Shown: positions 20,098 to 30,911 of the stretch, in pieces
Layout: each line of letters starts with the position of its first letter
Numbering within the stretch: the first letter of the stretch is position 1
Assembly: GCA_963798085.1 (NCBI GenBank)
Contig: CAWCRS010000001.1
Span: 160,001-224,000 of the forward strand
Length of the DNA: 64,000 bases
Reading direction: 5' to 3'
Source: an uncultured Gemmatimonadales bacterium
GTDB lineage: Bacteria; Gemmatimonadota; Gemmatimonadetes; Longimicrobiales; RSA9
Program-made: the position numbers and the translations under genes
The notes under the pieces: model-generated
Databases searched by the model: none
Seen by the model: only the letters and a program-made list of their open reading frames with translations
Told to the model about the DNA's origin: nothing

Positions 20098-22428
20098 ATG
20101 ATTTTGAGAACAGGCGCTGCCGGCAGTCGAGCGTTGCTCGCAGCGCTGCTGCTTGGCGCATTCTCGACCACGCGTATCCTCGCCCAGAGCGTGGGCACCG
20201 TGGGGGGTCGCGTACTTGCCGATCGCACGGGCGAACCACTCCACGGCGTGACCATCACCGTGAAGGGAACGGATATTTCCGCAGTCACGGATCTGCAGGG
20301 CCGTTACCGGCTGACCGGTGTGCCGGCCGGCCGTCAGACCATCGTCGCCGATGGCCTGGGCCGTGTGGCGAAGCAGACCGCGGTGTCGGTTTCCGCCGGC
20401 GACACGGCGGTGCAGGATTTCGCGCTCGTGGAGAGCGCGATCCAGCTGTCGCAGGTCACGGTGACGGCGACGCGCGAAGCAGAGCGGACGTCGAACGTGG
20501 CTGCGAACATTGGCGTTGTCGGCCAGAAAGACATCGAGTTGGCGCGTCCGCACCACTCCGCCGAAATCGTGAACCGCATCCCCGGCGTGCTGAACATTGA
20601 CCTCGGCGGCGAAGGCAGCACCGTGGCGATGCGGTTGCCCATCAATTACAGCGCCGTGTACGGCTACCTCGAGGACGGCGTACCCATCCGCTCGACCGGC
20701 TTCTTCAACCACAACGCGCTCTACGAGATCAACGTGCCGGGCGCGGACCGCGTCGAGGTGTTCAAGGGTCCGGCTTCCGCGCTGTACGGCAGTGATGCGA
20801 TCGGCGGTGTGTTCAATGTACTGACCCGGCCACCCTCCGGATCGGCTGACATCGAGCTGTTTGCCGAAGGCAGTGAGCACTCCTACCAGCGGACGCTGCT
20901 GTCGGGCAGCAATACGTGGGGTGCCGACGGCGTGCGCGCGGACGTCAACATCATGCACTTCGGCGGCTGGCGCGACGGCGCACACATGAACCGGCAGACC
21001 GGCACCTTGCGCTGGGATCATGCGCTCTCCGGCAATGCACGGTTCAAGACGGTGATTACAGCGACGAACATCAACTCGCCCGGTGATGGCGGCTCCGACA
21101 TGGGCCTCAGCGATTTCGACAACGCGCCGCACGTCAACTACACACCCATCGCGTTGCGCGAAGTGCAGGCCGTCCGCTGGTCCACGGCGTACGACGCGCA
21201 GTCCGGCCCGTCGTCCTGGGAAGTGATCGGCTACGCGCGCTACAACCGCCTCAAGCTGCTCCCGTTCTGGCAGCTCACGTACGATCCGCAGGTCTGGGAC
21301 AACCACAACAAGTCGGTGGGAATGATGGCGAAGTATCGGCGCGACTTCACGCGCGGCAACGTCATCGTGGGCGCCGACTTCGATTACAGCCCCGGCGCCA
21401 ACCAGGAAGATGAGATCCTGCCCACCATGACGCCCGGCTTTGTCTTCGACTCCTTCACCACCGGTGCCCAGCAGTACGACTATGATGTGACCTTCAACGG
21501 CATCTCGCCGTACACGCAGCTCGTGCTCAATCCGGTTCCGACGCTGCACGTGAGCGCGGGGTTGCGCTTCGATCACATCGGCTACGACTACAAGAACAGG
21601 CTCGCCGTCGTTGACACGGGTCCGCATCGGCGCCCGGCATCGACATCGGTTTCCTATTCCCACGCGAGTCCGAAGCTGGGCCTGACCTGGGATGTCACGC
21701 GGGCCGTGAACATCTTCGCGTCCTACCGCCACGGCTTCCGCGCGCCGTCCGAGGATCAGCTCTTCGTGCAGGGCTCGGCCGAGAACAGCGTGGGCCTGCA
21801 GCCGGTGAAGGCGAACAGCTTCGAGAGCGGCATCCGTGCACAGGCGGGTTCGCGCCTCTCGCTCGAGGCCTCGGCCTACTCGATGGAGATCACCGACGAC
21901 ATCGTGTACTTCTACAACACCACGACGTTCACCTCGGAAGTGTCGAACGCGGGACGCACGCGCCATCGCGGCCTGGAGGCCGGTGTCACCCTCGCCCTGA
22001 GCCCCGCAGTGCGACTGGAATCCGCGTTCGCGTACGTGCGCAGCCAGTACCTGCACTGGGTAACCGCAACCGGCACGGACTACAGCGGCAACCAGATGGA
22101 AGCGGCGCCGCGCACCATCGCGAACACGCGGCTCACGTGGGCGCCCACCGGGGGCAGCGCGTTCAGCGCCGAGTGGGCGCGCGTGGGCTGGTATTTCACG
22201 GACGCCGACAACCTGCACCGCTACAATGGCTACAACGTGCTCAACCTGCAGGCGGCCACACCCGAGATTCACGGGTTCTCGCTGATCGGCCGGCTCGCCA
22301 ATGCGACCGACGAGCGCTACGCCGTGACCGTGTCGTTCAATCCGTTCGTGCCGGAAGACCAGCAGGATCGCTACACGCCTGGCCTGGGCCGCACGCTGTA
22401 CCTCGGGCTCCAGTACCGTGCACGCTGA
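20098..22428 (+). CDS. TonB-dependent receptor with N-terminal carboxypeptidase-regulatory-like domain
   Basis: Signal peptide; GRV..GEPLHGVTI..TDLQGRY; VTVTATR; plug RVEVFKGPASALYGSDAIGGVFN; C-terminal GRTLYLGLQY. Confidence 0.93.
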   Translation: MILRTGAAGSRALLAALLLGAFSTTRILAQSVGTVGGRVLADRTGEPLHGVTITVKGTDISAVTDLQGRYRLTGVPAGRQTIVADGLGRVAKQTAVSVSAGDTAVQDFALVESAIQLSQVTVTATREAERTSNVAANIGVVGQKDIELARPHHSAEIVNRIPGVLNIDLGGEGSTVAMRLPINYSAVYGYLEDGVPIRSTGFFNHNALYEINVPGADRVEVFKGPASALYGSDAIGGVFNVLTRPPSGSADIELFAEGSEHSYQRTLLSGSNTWGADGVRADVNIMHFGGWRDGAHMNRQTGTLRWDHALSGNARFKTVITATNINSPGDGGSDMGLSDFDNAPHVNYTPIALREVQAVRWSTAYDAQSGPSSWEVIGYARYNRLKLLPFWQLTYDPQVWDNHNKSVGMMAKYRRDFTRGNVIVGADFDYSPGANQEDEILPTMTPGFVFDSFTTGAQQYDYDVTFNGISPYTQLVLNPVPTLHVSAGLRFDHIGYDYKNRLAVVDTGPHRRPASTSVSYSHASPKLGLTWDVTRAVNIFASYRHGFRAPSEDQLFVQGSAENSVGLQPVKANSFESGIRAQAGSRLSLEASAYSMEITDDIVYFYNTTTFTSEVSNAGRTRHRGLEAGVTLALSPAVRLESAFAYVRSQYLHWVTATGTDYSGNQMEAAPRTIANTRLTWAPTGGSAFSAEWARVGWYFTDADNLHRYNGYNVLNLQAATPEIHGFSLIGRLANATDERYAVTVSFNPFVPEDQQDRYTPGLGRTLYLGLQYRAR

Positions 22429-22436
22429 CACGAGAA

Positions 22437-23795
22437 ATGACCATGATCACAATGAAACGATCTGTTAGTGTGCTCGCGGCCGCCACACTCATGTTGGCGG
22501 CGGGCTGCGGCAGGGAAAGGAATCACGGGATCACGTGGGCGCCGGCGCAGGAGATCGGGGCCGGCGCCGCCCCCGTGTTCGCCCTCTCCCCATCCGGCCG
22601 CCTCGCCCTCGCCTGGGTATCCGCACCGGCCGGGGGCACGGATGGCCGCCTGTTCGTGCAGTCTGTGGCATCCGGTGGCGTTGCGGAACAACCAGCCAGG
22701 GGCGGCGCGGTCGAGTTGCGGGATCCGCTCGGCAGCCTCTCCATCTACGGCGAGGTGCCGCCCAAGATCGCATTCGGTCCGGACGGCTCGCTGTATGCCG
22801 CCTACCTCGTGACCCGGGTCGTGCCCGGCATGCGCTGGCCGCAGAATGCACTGCGCTTCGCGGTCTCGCAGGATGGCGGAGCCACGTGGGACGAGCCGCA
22901 GACCGTGACTGGCGACACCGTGTTCGGTTCCTATGACGATCACGCGCTGCACGTGGCGACGGATGGCACCATCTATCTCTCGTGGCTGGCCGAGGTGAAG
23001 CCCGACACCTCTCACACGTTTTTCGCGCGCTCCAGTGATGGCGGGAAGACCTGGTCGAAGCCGGCAACGATCGACAGCGACCTTTCCTGCCCCTGCTGCC
23101 GCACGGCCATGACCACCGGGCCCGAAGGCGAGCTGTATGTCGCCTGGCGCAAGCGGTTCCCGGACGGCACAGCGGAGGATCGCGACATCGTGGTCGCACG
23201 TTCCGAGGATCACGGCGCAACCTGGAGCCGGCCCGTGCGCGTGCACACGGATGCATGGAAAGTCGACTACTGCCCCGATGCCGGTCCCTCCATCAAGGTG
23301 ACACGCGATGGCACGCTGCGCGTTGCGTGGTGGACCGGGAAGGACGGCGCGGCCGGCACGCAGTACACGGAATCGCGTGACGGCGGCCGCACGTTCTCTG
23401 CGCCCGTGCCGCTGGGACTGGCCCAGCACTCGCGTGCCGCACACATCCAGCTCGCGCAGAACGATGCCGCACCCGGCCTGATCGCGACGGCGTGGGACGA
23501 CGGAACGCTGGAGACGCCGCGCATCATGCTGCGCCTCTCGCGTGACGGCGGGCGCACCTTCGAAGCTGCGCAGCCCGTGAGCGCGCCGGCAATGGCCGCC
23601 GGGTATCCCGTCATCGTTCTGCGTGCTGACACGGTGCTGGTGGCATGGCAGGAACGCACTCTGAACGCCGCGGCCGCGGATTCCGCGGCGCACGCCAGCA
23701 TGAACCGGAACGACCCCGCGGCCTACGTCAATTCCGTGGGCGCCCTGCACATCGTCATGCGCCGGGGCGTGATCGCGGAAGCGCAGTCGCATTGA
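22437..23795 (+). CDS. BNR/Asp-box (sialidase-fold) lipoprotein with CPCC motif
   Basis: Lipobox LAAGC; five Asp-boxes (SQDGGATW, SSDGGKTW, SEDHGATW, SRDGGRTF twice); SCPCCR and YCPDAGP. Confidence 0.85.
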   Translation: MTMITMKRSVSVLAAATLMLAAGCGRERNHGITWAPAQEIGAGAAPVFALSPSGRLALAWVSAPAGGTDGRLFVQSVASGGVAEQPARGGAVELRDPLGSLSIYGEVPPKIAFGPDGSLYAAYLVTRVVPGMRWPQNALRFAVSQDGGATWDEPQTVTGDTVFGSYDDHALHVATDGTIYLSWLAEVKPDTSHTFFARSSDGGKTWSKPATIDSDLSCPCCRTAMTTGPEGELYVAWRKRFPDGTAEDRDIVVARSEDHGATWSRPVRVHTDAWKVDYCPDAGPSIKVTRDGTLRVAWWTGKDGAAGTQYTESRDGGRTFSAPVPLGLAQHSRAAHIQLAQNDAAPGLIATAWDDGTLETPRIMLRLSRDGGRTFEAAQPVSAPAMAAGYPVIVLRADTVLVAWQERTLNAAAADSAAHASMNRNDPAAYVNSVGALHIVMRRGVIAEAQSH

Positions 23796-24382
23796 AGCTC
23801 AGAGGAAGTTCCGCTGCAGGGCGGACACACCGTGGGACCGCGGCGGTTGCGCGCGGCCCGCGGAGTGCCGCCTGTCTCGCCACGCAGGCTGCTGCGTTCG
23901 TGCTGACACTGCTGTCAGCATGCGCGCGCCGCGACATTACGTTTCAGCCGCTCGCGGTGGGTGACGCTGTTCCGGCATGGGCCTCGGCCACGCTGGCCGG
24001 TGACACGGTCGCGATCGGCGGCGCGCAGCCGGTTACGGTGCTCAACGTGTGGGCCACGTGGTGCACGTCCTGCCGTGAGGAAATGGCCGACCTCGAGGGC
24101 CTGCAGCAGGAATTCGGAGCGCACGGCGTGCGCGTCGTCGGCGTCAGTGTGGATGCCGGCGAGCCGTGGCGCGTGCAGCGTTTCGTCGAAACAGCAAAGC
24201 TCACCTTCGTCATTGCGCACGACCCCGCGCAGAGCATCCAGCGGCTCTACCATGTCGTCGGCGTGCCCGAGACCTTCGTGATCGGCGCCGACGGCCGCCT
24301 GCTCTGGCGCCGCGTGGGCAATCTGCACCCGGCAGTCGATTCCGTTCGATCGATCATTGCAGCGGCGGCCGGCACTTCCTGA
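23792..24382 (+). CDS. TlpA/ResA-family thiol-disulfide oxidoreductase (start uncertain)
   Basis: LNVWATWCTSCREEM; GVPETFVIG; lipobox-like LSAC; TTG overlaps upstream stop. Confidence 0.88.
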   Translation: MKLRGSSAAGRTHRGTAAVARGPRSAACLATQAAAFVLTLLSACARRDITFQPLAVGDAVPAWASATLAGDTVAIGGAQPVTVLNVWATWCTSCREEMADLEGLQQEFGAHGVRVVGVSVDAGEPWRVQRFVETAKLTFVIAHDPAQSIQRLYHVVGVPETFVIGADGRLLWRRVGNLHPAVDSVRSIIAAAAGTS

Positions 24383-24432
24383 CCGGCTCATACCCCCGCT
24401 GCATGTGAAACCATTGCTGGAGTGATCCGATC

Positions 24433-25376
24433 ATGCACAGACACCAGAAGGCGCGGTGCATCCTGCTCCCGGGTGCGTGCTCGTTGCTGCTGGCCGGTTC
24501 GCTGGCCGCGCAGGAACCGACGAAACTGGCTGATATCACAGTCACCGCACGGCGTGGCGCGGAGCAGAAGGTGCACGAGGCGCCGGTCAGCGTGACCGTG
24601 ATGTCGCGCGAGGCCATCGAAGCATCGCCTGCCACGACTACCGAGGAGCTGCTGCGCGGCATACCCGGCGTGCAGCTGCCGTATACGAACTACGCGTCCT
24701 CCTTTCCCGGCAACCCGAGCATCGCGCTGCGCGGCCTCGGCCTTGGCGACAACGCCACCCGCGTGCTGGTGCTGCTCAATGGCGTGCCGCTCAACGCGCC
24801 AATGTTCGCGAGTGTGTACTGGAGCCGCATTCCAACGAGGACGACCCTTCGGTCGTGGGCAACCGCTCCGAGGGCGTCTCGAAGCACGCCGTCTCCGGAT
24901 CGCTGACCTGGCGGGTGCCGTCATTCCGGGCCACGCTGCGCAGTCGCTATTTCAGCGATCAGTTCCAGGACATCACCAATGAGGTGCGCCTGCCTCCCCA
25001 TGCCGTCTTCGACTTCTCCGCGGCGGTAACCGTGCGGCGAGGTGTCGAGCTGACGGGCTCGGTGGAGAACCTGCTCGATCGGGAGTACATCGCGAGCAAT
25101 TACGGCCCGACCGAGCTGGGTGCACCCCGTACGCTGTCGCTGGGTGTGCGTCTGGCCGCGACCGCTGGCAGCCGTCAGGACGGCAGCGTGCTGCGCATCC
25201 ACGAGCGCGACCAGGCCGGGATTCGCCTGACGCCTGACGCCGCTCGTTGCGCTCCGCGGGCTCGCCCGTCCTGCGCACGGGCCGGTCTCGCAGGTGGCTG
25301 CATCCGTGCTAACGATCCATTACAGGGAGGTACGCGCGCCAGGGGCCGACCGCTTCACGATACTGCTTCGCCATGA
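24433..25376 (+). pseudogene. TonB-dependent receptor with most of the barrel deleted
   Basis: Signal, DITVTARR and partial plug (LRGLG..VLVLLNGVPLN) joined out of frame near 24840 to terminal strands (VENLLDREY..GAPRTLSLGVRL); 3' end uncertain. Confidence 0.75.
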
Positions 25377-25833
25377 CGCGCGCGGTCTGCGCCACATGCC
25401 CGAGATCGTGCGCCGTCCAGGTCGAAAGCAGCTGGCGCAGCGTGACCGGCCCGAACTCCGGGTGCTCGCCCTGCAGCCCGAGCTGGGCCTCGCCCAGCTC
25501 CCAGCCGCGCAGCGTACGCAGGTTCTCCGCGCGCAGCCGCGCGAACTCGTCCAGCAGCGCTGCCAGTGACTTGCCGGCGCTCTCGCGGAACTGCGCGAAC
25601 CGGTCGTAGGGCGAGAAGCGCCGGTCCTCGCCCTGCTCGAGGATGATGCGCGCACGCGGAATCCAGTCCGTGCGCTCGCCATGGATGAGGTGCCCGACGA
25701 TCACGAACGGGCTCCACGTCTCCGGCCCCTCCGTCGCATCCGACCACACCGCCGGCAGACCCGCCAGCATGACCCGGAACGTCTCCGGTGTGCGCTCCAG
25801 CACCGCGAGTGCGGCATTCAGCTCGAAATCCAT
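25309..25833 (-). CDS. DinB-family protein
   Basis: WSPFVIVGHLIHGERTDWIPR; WTAHDLGH. Confidence 0.85.
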   Translation of the reverse strand: MDFELNAALAVLERTPETFRVMLAGLPAVWSDATEGPETWSPFVIVGHLIHGERTDWIPRARIILEQGEDRRFSPYDRFAQFRESAGKSLAALLDEFARLRAENLRTLRGWELGEAQLGLQGEHPEFGPVTLRQLLSTWTAHDLGHVAQTARVMAKQYREAVGPWRAYLPVMDR

Positions 25834-25936
25834 GCGGCTCCCCTGGTGACTCGCTTTCGCAGCCCCGTCGGGCCCGACTCTGCCTTGACCCCACACGGCC
25901 GCTACTTTACCATACAGAGAACTTGGAACAACGAAA

Positions 25937-26521
25937 ATGTCCGCCTTCGACCTGCTCTTCATTATCCTCTTCCTCACCACCGCCGCCACCCTGCTGACGG
26001 CGGTGGCAACGGCCTGGCGCGGCAACCGTGGTCGCGCCGGCACGCTGCTCCGCCGCCTGGGCATTGGCGCAGTGCTGTACTTCGCGGTGCTGTTGCTGGT
26101 CTCCGCCTTCACGCCGCAGCGCTACCTTGGCCGCGGCGAACGCGAGTGCTCCGACGACTGGTGCATCGCCGTGCAGGCGGCGGGCAGGACGCGGATGGCC
26201 GACGGACTGCACTACGAGGTCACGCTCGAGCTGTCGAGCCGGGCGCGACGCGTGCCGCAACGGGAGCGGTTCGTGGCGGTGTACCTGCGCGACGCCGACG
26301 GCAGGCGCTACCCGCCGGTTGCCGATCCCGGTGCGGTCCCCTTCGACACGCTGCTGCAGCCCGGTCAGGCCGTTGCGGCGCTGCGCCGCTTCGCCGTGCC
26401 GGCCGATGCGCGCATCCTCGGGCTGGTTGTCACGCGCACGGGCTTTGCCGGTCCGGGCTGCTGCATCATCGGCGACGACGCCAGCCTGCTGCACCGGCGC
26501 ACGATCCTGAAGCTCGACTGA
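25937..26521 (+). CDS. Hypothetical membrane protein with C-terminal Ig-like domain
   Basis: Two TM helices; CSDDWC; LRDADGRRY..LQPGQ..F.VP pattern. Confidence 0.6.
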   Translation: MSAFDLLFIILFLTTAATLLTAVATAWRGNRGRAGTLLRRLGIGAVLYFAVLLLVSAFTPQRYLGRGERECSDDWCIAVQAAGRTRMADGLHYEVTLELSSRARRVPQRERFVAVYLRDADGRRYPPVADPGAVPFDTLLQPGQAVAALRRFAVPADARILGLVVTRTGFAGPGCCIIGDDASLLHRRTILKLD

Positions 26522-26603
26522 CGGAGGGCGCCGCGAGGCCACCACGGTTGCGAACAACCGTGTCAGCACGACCCTGGATGAGCCGCTATGGGGTTGCGGG
26601 GAA

Positions 26604-27029
26604 TCAGAACGGGTCGAAGCAGTCGTAGTTGCGCTGCCGTCGGATGCGGCCGCCCTCGAATTCCAGCACCATGCAGAAGCGCGCCTTCATCGCGTCACCG
26701 GGCGCGAGCGACCCGAATGCGACCGCGATGGTGCCGATCCACGTCACTTCGACCACCGCCTGCGCGCCCGCTGCGATGATGTTGTGGATCTGGTACGTCT
26801 GCTTCGTCAGCACCTTCCGCCCTCGCTGCGAGGCTTCCAGCATGGCGTTCAGGTCCCGTGTCGCGCCGTTCGGTGTGACGCGGTTGGGGAACTCCTCCTG
26901 AATCACGTCGGGCGTGAAGAAGCGGGCCAGGTCGGCCTCCGCCACGCCGTTTTCAATGGCGGCCAGGTACTCGCGGACGAACTCCGTGTGGTCGTGGCCG
27001 GTTGTTCCGCTCACCCGTTCGTCTGTCAT
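26604..27029 (-). CDS. NTF2-like / SnoaL-like protein
   Basis: VREYLAAIE..FFTPDVIQEEFPN..GRIRRQRNYDCF. Confidence 0.82.
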   Translation of the reverse strand: MTDERVSGTTGHDHTEFVREYLAAIENGVAEADLARFFTPDVIQEEFPNRVTPNGATRDLNAMLEASQRGRKVLTKQTYQIHNIIAAGAQAVVEVTWIGTIAVAFGSLAPGDAMKARFCMVLEFEGGRIRRQRNYDCFDPF

Positions 27030-28117
27030 TTCGGGAAGATCGCCGGGAACACGACATCGGTCGTGTAGATGCAGCGATCGTTGTGGCCGCATTCGGGAAC
27101 GATGATCGCGTTGTGATGCGCGCCCATGGTCCCGTTCACGTACGTGAAGAAGGCTTCGCCGCGGGCGCGACGCGTGGGCCCCTGCGCCATGGCGGCGGGC
27201 GAGGAATCGAAGCCACCCAGCGGCAGCACGTCGACCTGGCCGAGCAGGTACGTGGTGGGCCGCTCGACCAGCTGCCTGCGCAGCTGCTCCGCGCTCATGC
27301 CCGCGGTGTAGCCATCGAGCGAGTCGAGGCCCATGGGCCAGCGGTCGTAGTTGCGCACTTTCGTGGCATCGAACGGGCCGTACGTGAAGTTGTCGTGTAC
27401 CGTCTCGCCGTCGCGACCTAACGCTTCCTTGTCGGCGCTGGCGGGGTCGGCATCGTCCTGCGGCAGCGGCCGCAGCGCCACGGGCCAGGCATAGCTCGAG
27501 GGATTGGCCACGACGTAACTGATGGTGACGCCCAGCCTGTCGTGTACCTTGTTGGCCATTTCGTAGCGTGTGGCGAACTGGCCGCCCGCGGAATGGCCGG
27601 CCACGACGATGTGCGTGAGGTTCGGAAACGTCTTCTTGTCCGCGAACCTGCGCAGCAGCTCGTCGACGAAGTCGAATGACGTGAGTGTCGGATTGGTGGG
27701 TGAGTTGCCGCCCGAGCGCCAGCTGTTGCGGCCTTCGGGCCAGACGATCTCGTTCGCCCGCGGCGTGTCGCGCGCCGCGATCATGTGCGGCGCCACTACC
27801 ACCGTGTTATCCAGCGCCCCGGCCAGGAAGGCCGCGGCCATGGCGGTCTCGAAGTAATGGTCGGCGTTGCGGTTGGCGCCGTGCACCATGATGAGCGCGC
27901 GGGTGATGGCGGGATTCGGCGTGTCCAGCGGGTAGCTGGCGTAGACCATGGACCGGCCCGGCCCGCCGCCCAGCGTCACCCAGCGCTCGCACGCGGGGGT
28001 CGCGGTCGTGCAGGCCGAGGCCCGGCGGACCGCGGAAGCGCTGCCGTACGGTTCCCGCAATGGGACCGCCAACAGCGTCGTGAGCAGCACGAACGGGGCG
28101 ATACGCATGGTGGCCAT
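27026..28117 (-). CDS. Exported alpha/beta hydrolase
   Basis: Signal-like N-terminus; MVHGANRN; nucleophile elbow GHSAGG; C-terminal CGH. Confidence 0.8.
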   Translation of the reverse strand: MATMRIAPFVLLTTLLAVPLREPYGSASAVRRASACTTATPACERWVTLGGGPGRSMVYASYPLDTPNPAITRALIMVHGANRNADHYFETAMAAAFLAGALDNTVVVAPHMIAARDTPRANEIVWPEGRNSWRSGGNSPTNPTLTSFDFVDELLRRFADKKTFPNLTHIVVAGHSAGGQFATRYEMANKVHDRLGVTISYVVANPSSYAWPVALRPLPQDDADPASADKEALGRDGETVHDNFTYGPFDATKVRNYDRWPMGLDSLDGYTAGMSAEQLRRQLVERPTTYLLGQVDVLPLGGFDSSPAAMAQGPTRRARGEAFFTYVNGTMGAHHNAIIVPECGHNDRCIYTTDVVFPAIFPK

Positions 28118-28218
28118 CCGGGCATGGGTGTCGAGCGATTGTCGCTCCCATCCTGCGCGGCCGCGGCCGACGGCGCAACGTCTGGCGACGTCCGTCGTGC
28201 GGAGGATCGGGCTCGCGT

Positions 28219-30911
28219 TCAGCCGCCGTCGCGGAGGCTCGTCGACGGATCGATGCGGGCGGCGCGCCGCGCCGGCTGGAGCGAGGCGAGGATCACGGCG
28301 GCCGCGACGACCGTCGTGGCGATGGCGAAAGCGAGCGGATCCATGGGTCGCACGTGGAAGAGGAAGCCGCGCAGCAGCCGCGTCAGTGCGAAAGCGCCGG
28401 CCAGACCACCGAGGAGGCCCGCCACCAGCACGCGCATTCCCTGCCCCAGCACGAGGGCGTGGATGGTGCGTGCCTCCGCGCCGATGGCCATGCGGATGCC
28501 CAGTTCGCGGGTACGGGAGCGCACACTGAAGGCGAGCGTGCCATAATGCCGACGGCGGCGAGCAGCAGTGCCGAAAGCGCGAATCCGCCGACCAGCGCGG
28601 TCTGGAAACGCGGCACCGCGCGGGTCGCTGCGACGCGTGCGTCCATGCTGGCGAAGTCCATCGGGGGCACGCGGCCGTATCCGGCGCTCGCCAGTGCGTA
28701 CCGGATGTCCGGCAGCAGGCTTCCCGGCTCACGCGCGCTGGACAGCACCACGTTCAGGCCGACGGGGCCCGACTGCGTGTACGGCAGATAGATCGCGGGC
28801 TGCAGCCCATCCTCGACGCGCGACTGCACCGCATCGCCGCTCACGCCGACCACCTCGACGCTCTGCGGCGGGCTGCCGGACTCGTCCGTCAGGCGCAGCA
28901 CCTGACCGAGGGGGTCCGCGTTGCCGAAACGGGCGCGCGCCAGTGACTCGCTGATGATGCAGACGGCGCGCGTGTCGGGCCGGTCCGCATCCGTGAATTC
29001 GCGCCCCCGTCGCAGCGGAACACCCGTGAGCGCCAGATAACCCGGCGTTATCACATAGCTCGGAGTGGCGACGCCCTCGTCGGATCCCGGCTGGTCGGCC
29101 CGCTCCACCCGCACGGCCTGCGTCGAGCGCTGCAGTGGCACGCTGGACGTGATGCCGGCATGCGTCACGCCCGGCGTCGACTGCACGGCCTCGAGGATAT
29201 CGCCCCACGCCGGCACGATCTGATCGGTCTTCCAGGGGAAGAAGAACGTCTGCAGGTCATGCGGCTGAAAGCCGAGCGGCTGCGCCCGCAGCTCCGCGAA
29301 CGAACGGAAGAGCAGGCTGGCGCCGACGCCCAGCACGAGCGCCAGCGCCAGCTGCGTCGCGGCCAGCACGGAGCGCAGGCGGGCGCTTTCCCGGGTGAGC
29401 ACGCCGGCCTGCACACGCATGCTGGCCAGGCCCGCGACATGACCGGCGCGCAGCGCGGGAATGAGACCAATGGCACCGCCCACCACGATCGACAGCAGCA
29501 CACCGGCCAGCGCGATCCGCCGATTCACCGCCACCTCATGAAGGCGCGGCAGGTCCTGCGGTCCCCAGTTCTGGAATGCGGCGACGCCCAGCCGCGCCAT
29601 CAGCAGGCCGACCAGCCCGCCGAGCATGGCGAGCCCGATGCCTTCCGCCACGTGGCTCACCACGATGCGGCCGCGGCCGGCGCCCAGCGCCCGCCGGATG
29701 GCCACGTCGCCGCTGCGCTCCAGGCCGCGTACCAACAGCAGGTTAGCCGCGTTCATGCCGGCCAGCAGCAGCACCAGCAGGGCGGCGCCCAGCAGCACCA
29801 GCGTGGGCCGCGCCGCGCTGCCCACGGTCGCGTCACGCAGCGTGTTGAGGCCCGTGCCCACGGGCGTACCGTCGCGCAACAGGTTGCCCGCCGGCTCGTC
29901 GCGCATCAGCTGCGCCTGCGCCGCATCCAGCTCCCTGCGCACCTGCGCCTCACTGGCACCCGGCCGCAACTGCGCCAGCACGCGCACGGAGTGGCGCTGC
30001 CGGTCGTTGTAGCGTCGTTCCGTCGGGTCCAGGTAGATGAAGAACTCGACGTCGCCTTCGACAATGGCCTGCGGCTGGCGGAAGCTCCGCGGCAGCACGC
30101 CGACAATGGTGAACTGGCCGCCCATGACCTCGTGGCCGACCACGGCGGGATCGCCGCCGAAGCGACCCTGCCAGCCGTCATAACTGATCAGCGCGGGTAC
30201 ACCCGAAGCCTGCTCGTGGTCACCAGGCCCCAGCAATCGACCGAGTCGCGGCTTCACGCCGAGCATCTGGAAGAACTCCGGTGTTACGTTGGCCACCTCA
30301 ATGGGCGCCGCATCCTGACCCTGATTCGACAGCCACTGCCTCCGCTCGAGCATCGCTACCGACGCGAGATCCGGCAGCTTCGCCTGCAGATCGCGCACGT
30401 TGGGCGCCGACATCCTCTGCAGTGTGAGCAGCCCCTCCTGCGCCTTCGGCGCCAACCTTTCCGGCAGGACATTACCCAGCAGGACCAGACGGTCCGCGTG
30501 CGGATAGGGCAACGCCCGAACCAGCATCGCATCGACCACACTGTACAGCGTCGTCGTCGCGCCAATGCCGATCCCGAGCGTGGCAATCACGATCACGCTG
30601 TAACCCGGCCGTCGGGTGATGCCGCGCACGACCTGGCGCAGCTCGGTCCACGTGATCGCGGACGCGGCGCGGCGCGGTTCGCGCTCCGCGCGCGCACCGG
30701 GCGAGCGCCGCCCGAACCACCAGTGCCGGAGGGACCGCACCACATCGAGGACGAAGCCGGCACGTACCCGCATGGTATTCCCCTCCTGTTGCACGCGACA
30801 ATGCCACGCTTCCTCCAGATCGCCGAGCAGCGTTTCCGCATCCGCACCAATGATCGCTCGCATCAGCAGACGCCCGGGCCAGGGCGGACGCGGTGGCGTG
30901 CGACGGCTCAT
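28219..30911 (-). CDS. ADOP duplicated ABC permease (frameshift near 28545)
   Basis: LLGDLEE N-terminus; two MacB-FtsX halves (NAANLLLVRG..AIRRALGAGR; RTRELGIRMAIGA; PARRAARIDP). Confidence 0.9.

Noticed and set aside
19558..22431. 957-aa minus-strand ORF
   Set aside because: Antisense shadow of the TonB receptor; no motifs; expected in high-GC DNA
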